A DNA stretch of 64,000 nucleotides. It comes from Raillietiella orientalis. Lineage: Eukaryota. The stretch is from contig JAYWIR010000017.1 of the NCBI GenBank assembly GCA_036172245.1, positions 372,001-436,000 on the forward strand, given 5' to 3'. The position numbers and the translations under genes are program-made. Below are positions 15,001 to 27,745 of this stretch, piece by piece; within the stretch, counting starts at the first letter, position 1, and every line of letters begins with the position of its first letter. The notes below the pieces were generated by a model, which searched no databases, had not been told where the DNA came from, and was given only the letters and a program-made list of their open reading frames with translations.

Positions 15001-17247
15001 GCACTTTTGATGATTGTTCGTAAGCTACCTGAAATTAGTGCTGAAGTTCGCACTAATTCACAGTTTCAAAGTTTTAAAGAATTACTGAGAACGAGCAAAT
15101 GAAGAATTTTGTCTGAACGTTTTAGTTTCCTATTAAAATTGTCTGTGGGACATGTAGGAATTCTTTCCAGATGAATTTGGTTTGAATCCTGATAAATTCC
15201 TAATCTTAATTCAGAATAATTCAGAAAAAAAAAGAGAGAGAGAGAGAGCTTTACTGTTAAATGCGTATTCTGAAACAGTTCGCAATGCCTGTGCATTATT
15301 ATTACTTTTTCGTATTTAATGAATTTTCCACGACTTTCTAAGTTTTGTGAAAAGAAACACCACGTAGAAACTATAGGTGGGATTTCTAAACCCACAGAGA
15401 ATTTCTATTATTTTATTCTTTTTCTGGGTTCTTATTATTTTAGAGCGAAGAATTTGTACAAATTCTTGTTAATGTGGGTGCCATCGATATACGGAGAATA
15501 TGACGAACAGGAAATACTGGCTCGTGGATACAAGATTGTGGATTCTGATTCAGAATGGGATCAAGAAAGCGATTCCTCACGGAGCGATGATGTCGAACAA
15601 AAGAACAAAGATGTAAATATGGATGTTTAGGGGCTGTATTTGTATTGTTTTCATTTTTCCTGGAGAGTTCAGGATTTGCATGAATTGAAAGGAATCAAGA
15701 AAATTCCAGCGTCATTTTTCCCGTTTTTCTAATAATTCTTTATATAATTGGCTTTGCTATCCGCGATGCTTGGTTTCTTTAAGGGCATCTTAGCTTCCGT
15801 ATGTCTTCGGATTCACGAAGCATGAATTCAGCCATCGTAATGCCCTGCTCTGATTTCATTCGCATAAAATGTCAGACGATATTTTTTTTTTTTAAAAAAA
15901 AAAAGTTTTCGGTCAGTCATTCAGTTAAATTTTAAATCCAGTAGTGAAGATTACATTTTGTGCAGAAATTGGCATCCGGTAAAATTTACTGAAAAACGGA
16001 AATTTAAGGAAAGCAGTGCTAGACATTTGTAAGTTTTCCTTTATTCAAAAAATACCAACCGGTTAGAGTAAGCATATTATCGTAATTACCAGTTAAGGCT
16101 CTGGTTGATGGCGCGCCCCCGTTTTTTTTTTTTTTTTATTCTGAAATGAAAGACTAGTACGGAGGTATATAATTAAGTACAGATTGCTATGCGCTAACGT
16201 ATAGCGTGCGTATCTTTTTGGATATTTTTTTCCTATGTCAAGAAGAGAAAAAAGACTTTTCCATGGTTCTGCTAATCTACCCATAAAGGAACAGCTTATT
16301 CTCGGGGGCCACGAGCAGCGCCACCTACACACCAGTATGTGGCGCTGCTGCTGCTGCTCACAATTCATGCTGGAGCAACCACGAGTACTAGTATCCTTTA
16401 CTTTTCATTTGCTACTTGGATTCCGCTTTATAGGTGCCTGTAAAAAAAAAAAAAAAAAGAAATAGCTCATCTTTCATTATTTGATAAACGGGCGAACAGA
16501 ACTGCGGTAAAAATCTGGGGATGTAATGCTTCCTGAACCAGTGTAATTAACCTTTGCTGAACCGTTTTCTTGTATTGTAGATTGTTTCTCTGAATGAACA
16601 GTTTCGCAATGCATTTCCATCCATTCCCAGCTTTGATTATGAGACTGTTCCAGAATTAGTTGGAAACACCGAAATTTTGCAGGAGAATCAACGCCGCCTT
16701 ATAGCAAGGAAACTGACTCCCCGTTTACAAGGTAATAATATGGACCACAAGAAATGTTATCGTGTGTTTTGTCAAGGATGTTCGTGGTCATTAGTTTTTG
16801 GCACATCACAACATGGTTTTAGTTTGCATTCTCTGTACCGAAAGATGATAGGAATTGATAGCCCCATTCTTCTGGTGGTCCAAGATACACACGAGCAGGT
16901 ATAAATTAATCTTCATGTTTCCTTAACTTATGTTCAATTAGATCTTTGGAGCGTTTTTATCTTGTCATCTATCAGTACGTGAATCCTTCTATGGAACAGG
17001 GGAATGCTTTCTCTATACATTTTATCCCGAGTTCCGCGTGTACAGATGGACAGGAGAGAACGAATTTTTCATCAAAGGAAGTACTGAAAGCTTAGTGTTC
17101 GGAGCTGGTGATGGACATTTTGGCCTATTTCTTGATGGTGATTTGTATCAAGGAAGCACCGAAACTTGTCAGACTTTCGGGAATGAACCATTAACGTGTT
17201 GTCAAGATTTCATTATAAAGGCCATTGAATGTTGGAGTTTCGAATGA
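9035..17247 (+). CDS. OXR1: Oxidation resistance protein 1 / NCOA7 / mustard family protein (LysM + GRAM-like + TLDc); the true start lies upstream
   Basis: LysM YIVQATDTLSSIAAKFDSTPSILAKLNKL; GRAM-like FLKINVRHITDGQGVVAGVLLVTPNALMFDPNVSDPLVIEHG; YGRKRMRSEYWFSIPRDR; TLDc WSLVFGTSQHGFSLHSLYR...FYGTGECFLY...GAGDGHFGLFLDGDLYQG...IECWSFE*. Exons approx. 9035-9123, 9174-9345, 9415-9736, 9812-10187, 10231-10355, 10399-~10584, ~10639-10741, 10784-10946, 15444-15612, 16581-16731, 16777-16898, 16942-17247. Confidence 0.93.
13300..14200 (-). mobile_element. Degenerate L1/Tx1-like LINE 3' remnant inside the large OXR1 intron
   Basis: Minus-strand RALWKLLHGRLQG (13407-13445) matches the W-x-L-L-H-x-x-L motif that precedes the zf-RVT knuckle; weak GLxL-like motif near 13960. 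Boundaries approximate. Confidence 0.4.
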
Positions 17248-17501
17248 TCGAATCTTTAAAACAACTTGCACCATAATATAGAGAAAATTACGCTGATTTC
17301 TAAAGTATTTAATGTTTGGACTTGCTTGCTTTAACAGTTATTGTCGGAATTTGGACTCCTGCATAGCGGATATCGCCCAGCAGACTACAGTTCTAAATGA
17401 TGTGAACCTCAGTTCATTTGATATTAGGTGTGGAGTATACACACTTCACATAGAAGTTTTTTTTGTATGAAGGACTTATGATTAGTGTGTACATGTTTTT
17501 A

Positions 17502-17507
17502 AATAAA
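17502..17507 (+). promoter_or_regulatory. Candidate polyadenylation signal of OXR1
   Basis: AATAAA about 255 nt after the TLDc stop codon, followed by T/GT-rich sequence. Confidence 0.5.
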
Positions 17508-17758
17508 TAAAATGTACCTATCAGTAGCTGAGTCTGTATTGTTTAGTTTTATCATACAAAATTTAGTTGTACTTTCAGATGATTCATGGTGTGCCCGAAG
17601 GTAGTATTAGTATTAGCTTACTACAAAATTTGGGGGAACTAAAGGGACTGTGATGTTTCAAATGAAGTGTGTGCCACTTTTCCATAACTGTGCGTGTAAT
17701 TCTAGACTTCAGAACTTTCCATTATCTTACGTATCTTCCTTAGCATACATCACATTCA

Positions 17759-18045
17759 CTTTAGAGCCGGTCACGTGCCTCGCGGCGCACGTGGCTCTTT
17801 AAACACTGTTTTGTTTCCGCGCCCCTCCGCTCGCGGCAGCCCGCAGGGGTGTGTGTAATTCTTCAGGATAGGGGGCACCCCCGGATGGGGGTCCGCCCTA
17901 TGAATCCAGGAAGGGCTCGGAGTCCGTTCCTCTCACGCTTGGGGAGGGATCCCCCCGTCAGGGGGGGAATAGCACCTCCAACCCTGGTTGTCTCCGAAGG
18001 GGAACCCCGAAGGGAATCTCCTTCCTCATTCTCTCCGGAATGCAT
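17759..18045 (-). mobile_element. SINE-like family copy A (3' portion only)
   Basis: Its reverse complement aligns by eye to 35110-35300 (gaatgaggaaggagatt...ttcggggttccc...ggagacaaccaggg...tgagaggaacggac). GC-rich island in AT-rich DNA. Confidence 0.8.
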
Positions 18046-18764
18046 TCAAGTGATAACTTATTATTATTATGATCATTAAACTTTCACGAAAATGGTTGAC
18101 AAGAAAACTCAACTGCACTTCAGTGGTTTGTGGTAATTTGCTGGGTACATATAATTCAGTTAAATGCTCCTGGAAGTAATTAATTGACTTTTAAGTCGAG
18201 AATTAGAAATCTTCGTTATTATTATGGTCTACAAAAAGTGCTGAGAATTCAACTGCATTTTTGGAATCTGATGAAAAAGAATGATTAAGCATCGTTAAGA
18301 CCGGTTTATCTCACGTGAACCATTAACTTAATTCGATTGGATATAAATTGAGGTTTCATTAAAATTTGAAGTTTCGATACATGGATCATCGGTTATCCTT
18401 GGATGTGATCTGGAATGACGAATATGGCAAAACTGTTTGCATTTATAATTTGAACAGAGTTCATAAAAGAAGAAAAACACGATTTTAAGTACAGACTTGC
18501 TTAGGAAAGCAAAAAACTTTGGATTCCAAGACATGAGTTTGAAAACGTTTCATTTTTTTCTTCCTTTCTTTTATTTCAACTTTGCGAAACGTAATCGATA
18601 TCGAAAAAAACAACTTTCCATTCAACCTTGCACTTTTCCATTTGAGAGAATTCAGGTGCTGTGGATAAAAGCATTGCGTCGATCACTGAATTATTTTCTG
18701 ACTTAAAATAAGATGTCATTCAAACGGAACAGAAGCATTCATTTAAACACTAATTCTTCAAAAT

Positions 18765-19080
18765 ATTCAGACTTAACCTCACAACAAGCCACAACGTCTC
18801 GATGCCTTCTGACCGGTGCACCATGTCCTATGGGGCTCAATAATAACAAAATTCTTCAGACTAACACTTAAGGTAAATCACAACATACGAAGATTTTTTT
18901 TCTAAACTCTGTGTCCAGAACTGAAAATACAGACTGAGGAAACTGTCACGGATAGCAGTTTGATTTAGAAAGAGGCTACACGAGTTTAAATTATGAAAGA
19001 GTTGACTGCAGCACCGTACAACGTTGTCCTTTAGTAACTCCTTCAGGAGGCAAGGTTTCTACTTTCGAAAAGCAAATTCT
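18765..19080 (+). mobile_element. Possible old, AT-eroded copy of the same SINE-like family
   Basis: Colinear short matches: ccatgtcctatggggct vs ccatcgcgtaccatggagct; gaaagagttgactgcagcacc vs gaagagttgactttgcacc; ttagtaactccttcaggaggcaa vs ttagtgagttccccctgaggaggcaa. Confidence 0.4.
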
Positions 19081-20262
19081 TCGATTGAAACGAAGGAAGG
19101 AAACGGAACCGATTTCAGTTTTTGAGGATGATTTTTGACATACCATTGGTAGCATTTTACGAGTTGGAATTGTCTCGTTTAATGATGTGATTTTAATGAA
19201 AATGCTCAGAAAGACATTTTCTTAGATGTTTTCCAAAGTTTTAAGTTTCATTTTTTGAACCATTTATTGGTGATATTCTTATCTGGAGAATGATTTTTAT
19301 GCAATACTTTATAAATACCTGAAGATTAAAATGAAGGCTCAAACAGTGAAGTACTTTTTTGAGACATTATAGAATAAATAATTCATGAATCAAAGATCCA
19401 GAATTTTAATCATTTGCTTGGTCCGCCTCATTTGAATTTTAGTTTAACACTAAAATCTTTGTGTGTGTGTGTTTTTGTGTCTATTATTGTGTATCTTCTT
19501 CGCCTAATGATTCAGGAAAAAGTTTTGCTTTTTTTTTATTCAGTATAATCGTACAAAAAAATGCTTCCACAAAATTATGCTGTTTGTACGTAATGAATCT
19601 TTTTTTTCTCTACGTTCTAAATTCGCGTATACATGTATGATTATTTGTTAGCCATTAAAAAGAAAAAAGAAACTGCAGCTTTCTTTAATGCACCCTATTA
19701 GTCCGAAATTTGCTTGAAGCTCTGAAACACTTATTAAAGTTTTTTAGTTATGTATCTTGAGTACCTCAAGAGGATTTTTGTGTATGTCTTCTAAATCGTA
19801 AAATGTGTAAAATCATGTTTTATATTTTGGAAACAGACTCTTATTTGTGTATATTTAAGAAACGATTCCAGTCCTTTTGGCTGCAAACAATGCTTTTTCC
19901 GTAGATCCTGATTTATATTAGTTTTATGTTTCATCGAAAGACAGAGTAATGAAATGTTAAAATTTCATCTCATTTACTGTTTATTTCAAACAAATTTATC
20001 TGTGTGGACTGCCACCTTAATGACATTATGCATGTTGTGAAGTGTCTAAAATGCACTTTAATTGATAAAATGAACAGAATCCTTTATTTCACTGAAGTTA
20101 CCTTGGATGCATTTCCTCTTTCAACTCGCTACAATTTTTATTCATCTAGCTATTGTTTTAAGCTGCATATTCCATTATATTATATCTAATTATGTGTAAG
20201 TTGTATTTCATCATTAATTAACATTGTAGTAAGTTATATTCTGAATTCGTTTTGGAAGATTC

Positions 20263-20305
20263 GTAGTGGTTCTTTACAAATTGTAGTGGTTCTTTACAAA
20301 TTGTA
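20263..20305. repeat. Perfect 20-bp tandem duplication
   Basis: gtagtggttctttacaaatt twice plus gta, about 170-200 bp upstream of the MTR4 ATG. Confidence 0.9.
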
Positions 20306-20470
20306 CTGTTCCCATAATTGAAGAAGTTTATTTTCAAACGTGTACACTGCAGGTTTGTTAGTGGAATACTGGGAAAACGATTGTACTGCTTGCTGCGCTT
20401 CTTGATCAACTGTGATGAATTTCGATAGACATGTGATTTAAAGTATCCTGTAGTGTTGTGCATTCTAAAC

Positions 20471-23400
20471 ATGTCCTTGTTAGCCAGTTTTGACGAGCTT
20501 TTTAGTGTATTTGACGATGAGAAATCATCATCAAAATCAGTTCTTAGTACATCCCATGTGGAAGGTTCAGCCAATGATGCCCATGATGTATGCATTATAA
20601 GCGATTGTGTTAATGTTGAAAGGTATAGCGTTTGTTCCAGTTTGCTATTATTTTATTGAGTGTTGTTATAGCGATGAAAAGATAACTGATGAGTTCATAG
20701 AATCCATTGTGAGTGCAAATAAAAGGGATCATGCTTTTTCCGATGACGAATGTGATGAGGCAAAAAAGTTTAAACATGATCCGTTCGAAATTATTAAGTA
20801 TGTATTAACCTCCCTTAAGCGTTTACTCCTTAAATGCAGTGTGCTAATAGCCCATGGTTTTATTTACTGTCATGTTTCAGTCCATCTGATTACAATTCTC
20901 GCATTCAGATACATATTGTCGATTCAGCGAGTGGGTGCAATCATGAAGTTGCAATACCTCTAGATACAGAATTTAAACCATTGGTGTATACTCCAAACAA
21001 GCCTGCAAAGGAGTATAAATTTGTGTTAGATATTTTTCAAAGAGAAGCTATATTATGCATCGAAAACTGTGAATCAGTGTTAGTATCAGCACATACTTCG
21101 GCAGGAAAAACTGTGGTTGCAGAGTAGGTGAATTAATTTTATTCAACTTAACCGGATGTATAAGTTGCAACATTTATCTGTACAAATGTTTGAGCCTTTT
21201 TTGTATGAAAAGTTTGTTGAAGTATTTAAGTTAACAGTCTTTAAAAGTGTCTTGAACTTATTAAAACTTTAGAAATTACGTAAATGCTTAGGAGAGTGAT
21301 TGTTAAAACTCTTCAGGTATGCCGTAGCACTGTCCCTGCGGGATAAGAAGAGAGTGATTTATACAACCCCAATAAAAGCATTAAGCAATCAAAAATACAG
21401 AGAGTTTTATGAAGAGTTTCAAGATGTAGGGCTCATGACGGGAGATGTGACTATTAATCCAACAGCAAGTTGTTTGATCATGACAACAGAAGTAAGATAA
21501 TTGCATCAAGATTTGTAGGGATTCAATGTTTTGATTTAGATCTTGCGTAGCATGTTGTATCGTGGATCACAAATCATGAGAGAAGTTGGATGGGTCATTT
21601 TTGATGAGATCCATTATATGAGGGATAAAGAACGTGGTTATGTCTGGGAAGAAACAATTATTCTTTTACCTGACAATGTGCGATATGTGTTTCTTTCGGC
21701 AACCATCCCAAATGCTCGACAGTTTGCAGAGTGGATTTGCCAGTTGCATAAACAGCCCTGTCATGTGGTCTATACTGAATTTCGACCTGTGCCATTACAG
21801 CATTACATCTTTCCAGCTGGTGGTGATGGGCTTCATATGGTTGTTGATGAGCATGTGAGTGACTTTATAACCAAAGTAACAATAATTGAAGTCATCATTC
21901 AGGGTCAGTTCCGTGAGGAAAATTTCAATATAGCAATGTCTGTTTTACAAAATGCTGGAGACGCTAAAGATCATTTAGGAAGGAAAGGTGGCATGGTTGG
22001 AAGTAATTGCTACAAGATTGTCAAAATGATAATGGAACGCAACTTTGCCCCAGTGATTGTTTTTAGTTTTAGCAAAAAAGAATGTGAAGCATATGCTTTG
22101 CAGATGGCAAAACTTGATTTCAATACAAGTTAGGAGAAATCATAAAAAAATGCATGTTCATCTGTTAATGAATTTCTGCTTTTAGGTGAGGAAAAAAAAT
22201 TAGTCGATGAAGTGTTTCATAATGCAATGGATGTATTGAGTGATGAAGATAAGAAGTTGCCCCAGGTTGAAGCTGTGCTTCCTTTACTGCGCCGGGGGAT
22301 TGGTATCCATCATGGAGGCTTGCTGCCAATACTAAAGGAAACTATAGAAATACTGTTCTCTGAAGGCTTGATAAAAGCCTTGTTTGCCACTGAGACTTTC
22401 TCAATGGGATTGAATATGCCAGCACGCACTGTGCTATTCACCAGTGCTAGGAAGTTTGATGGCAAAAATTTTCGCAATGTATCGTCTGGAGAGTACATTC
22501 AGATGTCTGGACGTGCAGGGAGGAGAGGATTAGATGACAAGGGTATTGTGATCTTGATGATGGATGAAAAAATCCCTGCCAGCACCGGTCGAGAACTGGT
22601 GCGTGGTTTGCCAGACCAACTCAATTCGGCCTTCCATCTAACATATAATATGATCTTGAATTTGCTCCGTGTAGATGAGATCAATCCGGAGTACATGCTG
22701 GAGAAAAGCTTTTTCCAGTTTCAGAATTATGCTTCTATACCCCAGCTCTGTGAAAGTAAATATAAAATCCTCAAAATGAATGTAGATTCATTTCAGCATT
22801 GTAGAATTGCAAAATGCCCAAAAGAAATACAACAGCATCAGTATTCCTCAGGAACAGGATGTAGCAGCCTATTATCGAATTCGGCAGCAACTGAAAAGCT
22901 TATCCCAAGAATTTCAATCCTATTTGAATCAGCCTCAGTATATCGTACCTTTCTTGCAACCTGGCAGGATGGTTAGAGTAAGAAATGGGGCTCTATGTAA
23001 TACGTTTCTCTACAGTGAATAATTTAGATTAAAAACAACGAGGATGACTTTGGTTGGGGAATCATAGTCAATTATAAAAAAGTAGAAGGAAAATTGATTT
23101 CCTTAGAGAATCAGGGTGAACCTAATTATATTGTCGATGTTCTGTTGAATTTATCTACAGACTGTGATAATGTGACTGTGACATCACAGTTAAAACCTTG
23201 TCCAAAGGGCATGCGTGGTACCATGAAGGTAGTGCCATGCCTGCTGAATTTACTGAACCAGATTAGCTCTGTGCGCATTTATTATCCCAGCGATCTGAAA
23301 CCCCTTGATAATCGTATGAGTGTATTGAAATCTATTCAGGTAGAATCATTTGATATGAATTGGTATTATTTGTTTTTGTTTGTCAAGGAAGTGCAAAAAC

Positions 23401-24276
23401 GATTTCCTAAGGGTGTTCCACTTTTGGATCCTGTTGAGGATATGAAAATAAAAAATAAAAGTTTTCAGGAGACTATTCGAAAAATCGAAATTTTTGAAAA
23501 GCGTATGTTCAGTCATCCTATGCATAACCACAGTCAGATTAGTCATCTGTATGATTTGTATGCAAAAAAAATGCAGGTGTGTTATGCATGCAGTGTACTG
23601 TCTTAGATTGTATTTATTCTTTTATCAGTTGGCAGAAGAAGTCCAAGAAGCCCAGAATGACCTTAAAAAAGCAAGATCACTTTTACAAATGGATGAACTC
23701 AAATGTCGCAAACGTGTCTTAAGGCGTCTGGGATATTGCACAGCAACTGATGTAATTGAAGTAAAAGGTCGTGTGGCATGTGAACTGAACAGTGCAGACG
23801 AATTGCTGTTGACAGAAATGATTTTCAATGGCTTATTTAATGATTTAACTGTCCCACAGTGTGTTGCTTTATTGAGTTGTTTTGTGACTGATGAAAAAGC
23901 TTCTGAACTACCTAGGCTAAGTGAAGAATTATCAGGTCCATTGCATGAGATGCAAAAGTTAGCAAGACGCATTGCAAAGGTCAGTCAAGAGGCTAAACTT
24001 CCTGTGCAAGAAGATTCTTATGTTGAACAATTTAAACCCTTTTTAATGGATGTGGTTCATGCATGGTGCAAAGGAGCTACTTTTGGCTCAATCTGTAAGA
24101 TGACTGATATATTTGAAGGCAGTATCATTCGCAGCATGAGAAGATTAGAAGAATTACTTCGACAGATGATGCAGGCTTCTAAAGCTATTGGGAATAGTGA
24201 TTTGGAAATTAAATTTGCTGAAGGGATAAAGCTTATCAAAAGGGATATAGTATTTGCTGCTAGTTTGTATCTTTAA
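20471..24276 (+). CDS. MTREX: Exosome RNA helicase MTR4 (SKIV2L2), complete, 11 exons
   Basis: Motifs [27 protein letters not shown] and the C-terminus [15 protein letters not shown]. Phase-consistent GT-AG exons: 20471-20622, 20672-20797, 20881-21123, 21317-21491, 21540-21854, 21903-22128, 22186-22755, 22805-22977, 23028-23339, 23388-23576, 23629-24276. AATAAA at 24305-24310. Confidence 0.97.
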
Positions 24277-24549
24277 ACCGAATTTTTTAAAGATTTAAAT
24301 CACTAATAAATTATTTATCTATATCTTTCTAAAAAAAACACAAGAGAAAAAGAGATTATTGAATGTTAGAGTAAAAATGTTTTTATGATCATGGAAAATG
24401 TCTTGGATGTTCAAATTGTTTTTTTTTTTTATACCTAGCATGACCTTTATTTCAAAGCATTGTACTCGAATCGAAATATCGAAGATTGTATGCACAGTAT
24501 TCAAGTTGGCAGTGGAGTGTCAGTTTCTATAATATGATTAATAGAAGGA

Positions 24550-25780
24550 ACATTGTTGGGGGGACTGGAAGGGTGCTAAACCTGCCCCATAGAGATGAAT
24601 TCCTGCCCAATTATTATCTGGATTTTATAAGCGAAGGTGTTAACTTTTCTGCCCTCGGTAGTTTGCCATCCTTATTTGAACTGGGAATTTGGCTTAAATC
24701 CACAGCATATTAATCAATCGGTATTATGTCCCAAGTTACGATAACTTGGTTTCTCACCAAGCAAAGCCGTCATGGAGTCTTGCGATCCAAATCATTTTGG
24801 CCGACGTTTACCTAATGACCTATTAATGATTTTTACCTTGTGTTTTGCGAAGAGCTGGATCTGTTCGAGGTAAATGATTCAAAGAGATCTTTGTGTTTAA
24901 AAAGACCAACGCGCAATGAAAGCACCTTTATAGAATACCCATGAAATGCGGGATGTTGTAAGGGGTAAACCTTCCATAATATCTCGTTAAAAATTTTACT
25001 GCCAATCTGCCCTTTTAAATTGAAACAAATGAAGAATTCTGCATGTTAAACTTTTACAAGGCTTTTGGTTTCAACATAAAGAAAAACGCATGAAACGTCA
25101 ATGTGGCAATTCCGAGAGTTGTTTTAAGTGGGGAAAATGTTTCCGTGTTTCGCAATTGCTGCATTTTCTTCAATCACTAATCATCCTTCAAAGGTTTTGC
25201 TCTTTTGGCTTCGGGTTTGCCTCTTGATTTAAGTGATTCAGCTTTGCCAGTTTGATTCTTTTGCTGCCTGTAGGTGTTTCGCCGTGGTATGTATGGTTCT
25301 CTGCGTGGATGTCTTTTTGTTTGACGGCACAAATCTGAATCACTGTGAGCGTTGGAAAATTTGAATAGTATGGGTAGAGTTGTGATAATGGTTAGTTGGA
25401 GTATTATAAGCCTGCATGCCACTCAGTTTTGCAATGGGGCAGCTCCGTCGTGTGCAGTAAGTTTTCCTTACAAAGACTACCTCGCATCCTCAGCCTTGGT
25501 AACACTTTTCGTACCCCGTTAATGGGTTCGTTTTGTTTGTCAGCAATTCTGATGCGAGATGCCACTACTGTTTGATGGAATAGGTCCGAGCTGCAATTTC
25601 GTTGCATTTGGCCACATTAGATACTGTGCACAACTAGCTGGCACAACTTTGCGACGTCAGTCGGAACCGTCCTTTCGACGTCGCAAGTTCACATGTTGGA
25701 AGCATCGAGATTGATGCGAAGGTGGTGTATTCGATTTACTTGGCTTGATGAGCGCGGCCATTACTGACTGTTGAGTCTAC
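24550..25780 (-). mobile_element. Degenerate LINE reverse-transcriptase remnant
   Basis: Minus-strand ASRIRIADKQNEPINGVRKVLP (ORF 25404-25607) resembles the RT segment ING...F...GVRQGCP; otherwise heavily decayed. Confidence 0.35.
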
Positions 25781-26479
25781 ATCTCAATCCTTGGTTCGAC
25801 ACATTCGATTTCTAAATGTCAGTTGCGAGCACTTAAACAGTTTTAAACAGTGGAGCCCTACTGACTCTATCGTGTATCGTCTACGTTCTCCAGTTGACGT
25901 CTCCCTACTCTTCGCCGTTCAGCATTCCGCAGGTGGAAAGGGAGCGTCACCTCGGACCTATCGAGAGGCAGCGCTGCTTTCTGGAGCATTGACCGGCGGC
26001 GCCTCGCGGTATGGAAGTCGGAGGCCTGGCCGAGAGAGGGAAGGGAGTTTCACGAGCCTCCATTGCGGCAAGATTTGCCGCGGCCGGGGGCAAGCGAGGG
26101 AACTGTGGAGCTTCGACCACTCCGCGGGGCGAGGAGGCCACATTTTCTGTAAAGTGCCCCTTTGGACAGATGGTCTTCTCGATCTCCCCGAGCTGGGGCA
26201 CGAAGTTCCCAGCAGGGCACCGCAGAACGTTTGCAGGATGGTGCGACATCCTCCCTCGGACCCCGGCGGTTGGCCTCATCGGCTTCTTTCCCTTAGCGAC
26301 TTCCCGATCTCGCGAAGTCTCACTGTCCGCTGTCAGCGTGGGCGTTCCAACCATCCAACGAACGGAGCTTCTGCGCGGGGACCATGTCAGAGCTGACCTG
26401 ATGCTCAGATGATTTCGTGATCAAATCAACGGAAGCAACCATTGTTTTTGTTTTGTTTTGTTTTGTGTGTGTGTCTGCG

Positions 26480-27745
26480 TGCGACCCAGAAACCTCGAAG
26501 ACACTGTCGAGGCCAGCATTACGAAGCGCTCCTGTGACTCCCCATTGAGGCGGTTATTGCTTCCGAAATGGGAGCACGAAATCATCTGCTCAAAGGGGCA
26601 CTTTACAGAAAATGTGAGACTGCTTTACAGGTTCCTGGAAACCCATTCTTGGATCTCCTGCCGCCCAACGAACTTTAACGCCTGGCAGCAGGAAGCGCTA
26701 TCGTCCTGGGCAAGGCATCAGGAAGTGCCGCTAATTGAAATTCGTTGCGTGCACCTTTCCCCTATCTTCCATTGGAGGATGTGATGCGAGACCAGGGCAA
26801 GTGGACCGGCCTGGCCACCACGCTCCTCGCCGCAGCTCTGTCTGTCCTAAGGGCAAGAGAAGACAGTTGCCTACCGCAAGGTGGGAGGTCGCCTGCACGA
26901 TCGCAGGAGCGACCCGACCTATGGGCGGCTAGAGGACTAGCGAGCTGGCAGACGCCGCCACGCCTCGCAGCATTTCGAAGGGACTCCCTCGATGGAACGA
27001 ACTCGTGAGTGTACCCCCCGAAGAACCTGTGGTCCCTCCGTCGTGCATGAACACTTCAGTGTTACCTCTTCTTTGGAAACAGGACGTGCTTTTGCTGGTG
27101 CGTTGGGGCTTCCATTGCAACCAGCGTGCGAACATTGTTTCCGGGGGAGTTGTCTCCCCGAACTGCAGACGGTGCGGAGCAGCAGAAACGCTCCTGCACC
27201 TGCCTCTCGACTGCGGTGTCCTCCAAGGACTGCGGCGGAGGCTGGATTCAGCGCTCCGGCACCAAGGGGACACCGGAAGGATTTTGCTACGCCGCTTCTT
27301 CACTCTAGGCAGCTTGTCGTTGGGTGCGGTTGTCGCAACGATCTGTTGCATCCGCGCCATCGTCACGGTCCGCCGCCGTTGGAGTTTCAGGCGATTTTTC
27401 GAGAGGTCACCGGTTTAGACGATGACAACATGACGACGTCTGCCAGGTGGCCTCTTCTTCCAGAATACGCGAGGAGGGACATCTCCGGCATCCAACGTCG
27501 GTTCTGCAAGAAAGGAACGGACGAAGCCAAAAACCCCTGTCCCCAATCCCCTCTTCCCTATATTTTTATTTATATTTTTTATACATTTATTTGTGGTCCC
27601 CTCCCTTCCGTTCCAGACTTTCAGATTTACCGACCTGCATGTCGGGGATCTCTCCTTTCGATCTTCTGCACCCTTTGTCTGGGTACTTTTGTTCTTGGAT
27701 AGTTTTTAAATAAACGCTCCGGCGCACCCGGGTGAAAATCCGACT
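26480..27745 (+). mobile_element. 5'-truncated L1/Tx1-like LINE (ORF2 C-terminus, zf-RVT, 3' UTR), frameshifted
   Basis: WISCRPTNFNAWQQE matches WITCRPANGSAWLQE at ~40300; CCHC knuckle CRRCGAAETLLHLPLDC; pyrimidine-rich UTR ending aataaacgc...ccgggtgaaaatc as at 41356. Confidence 0.8.
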
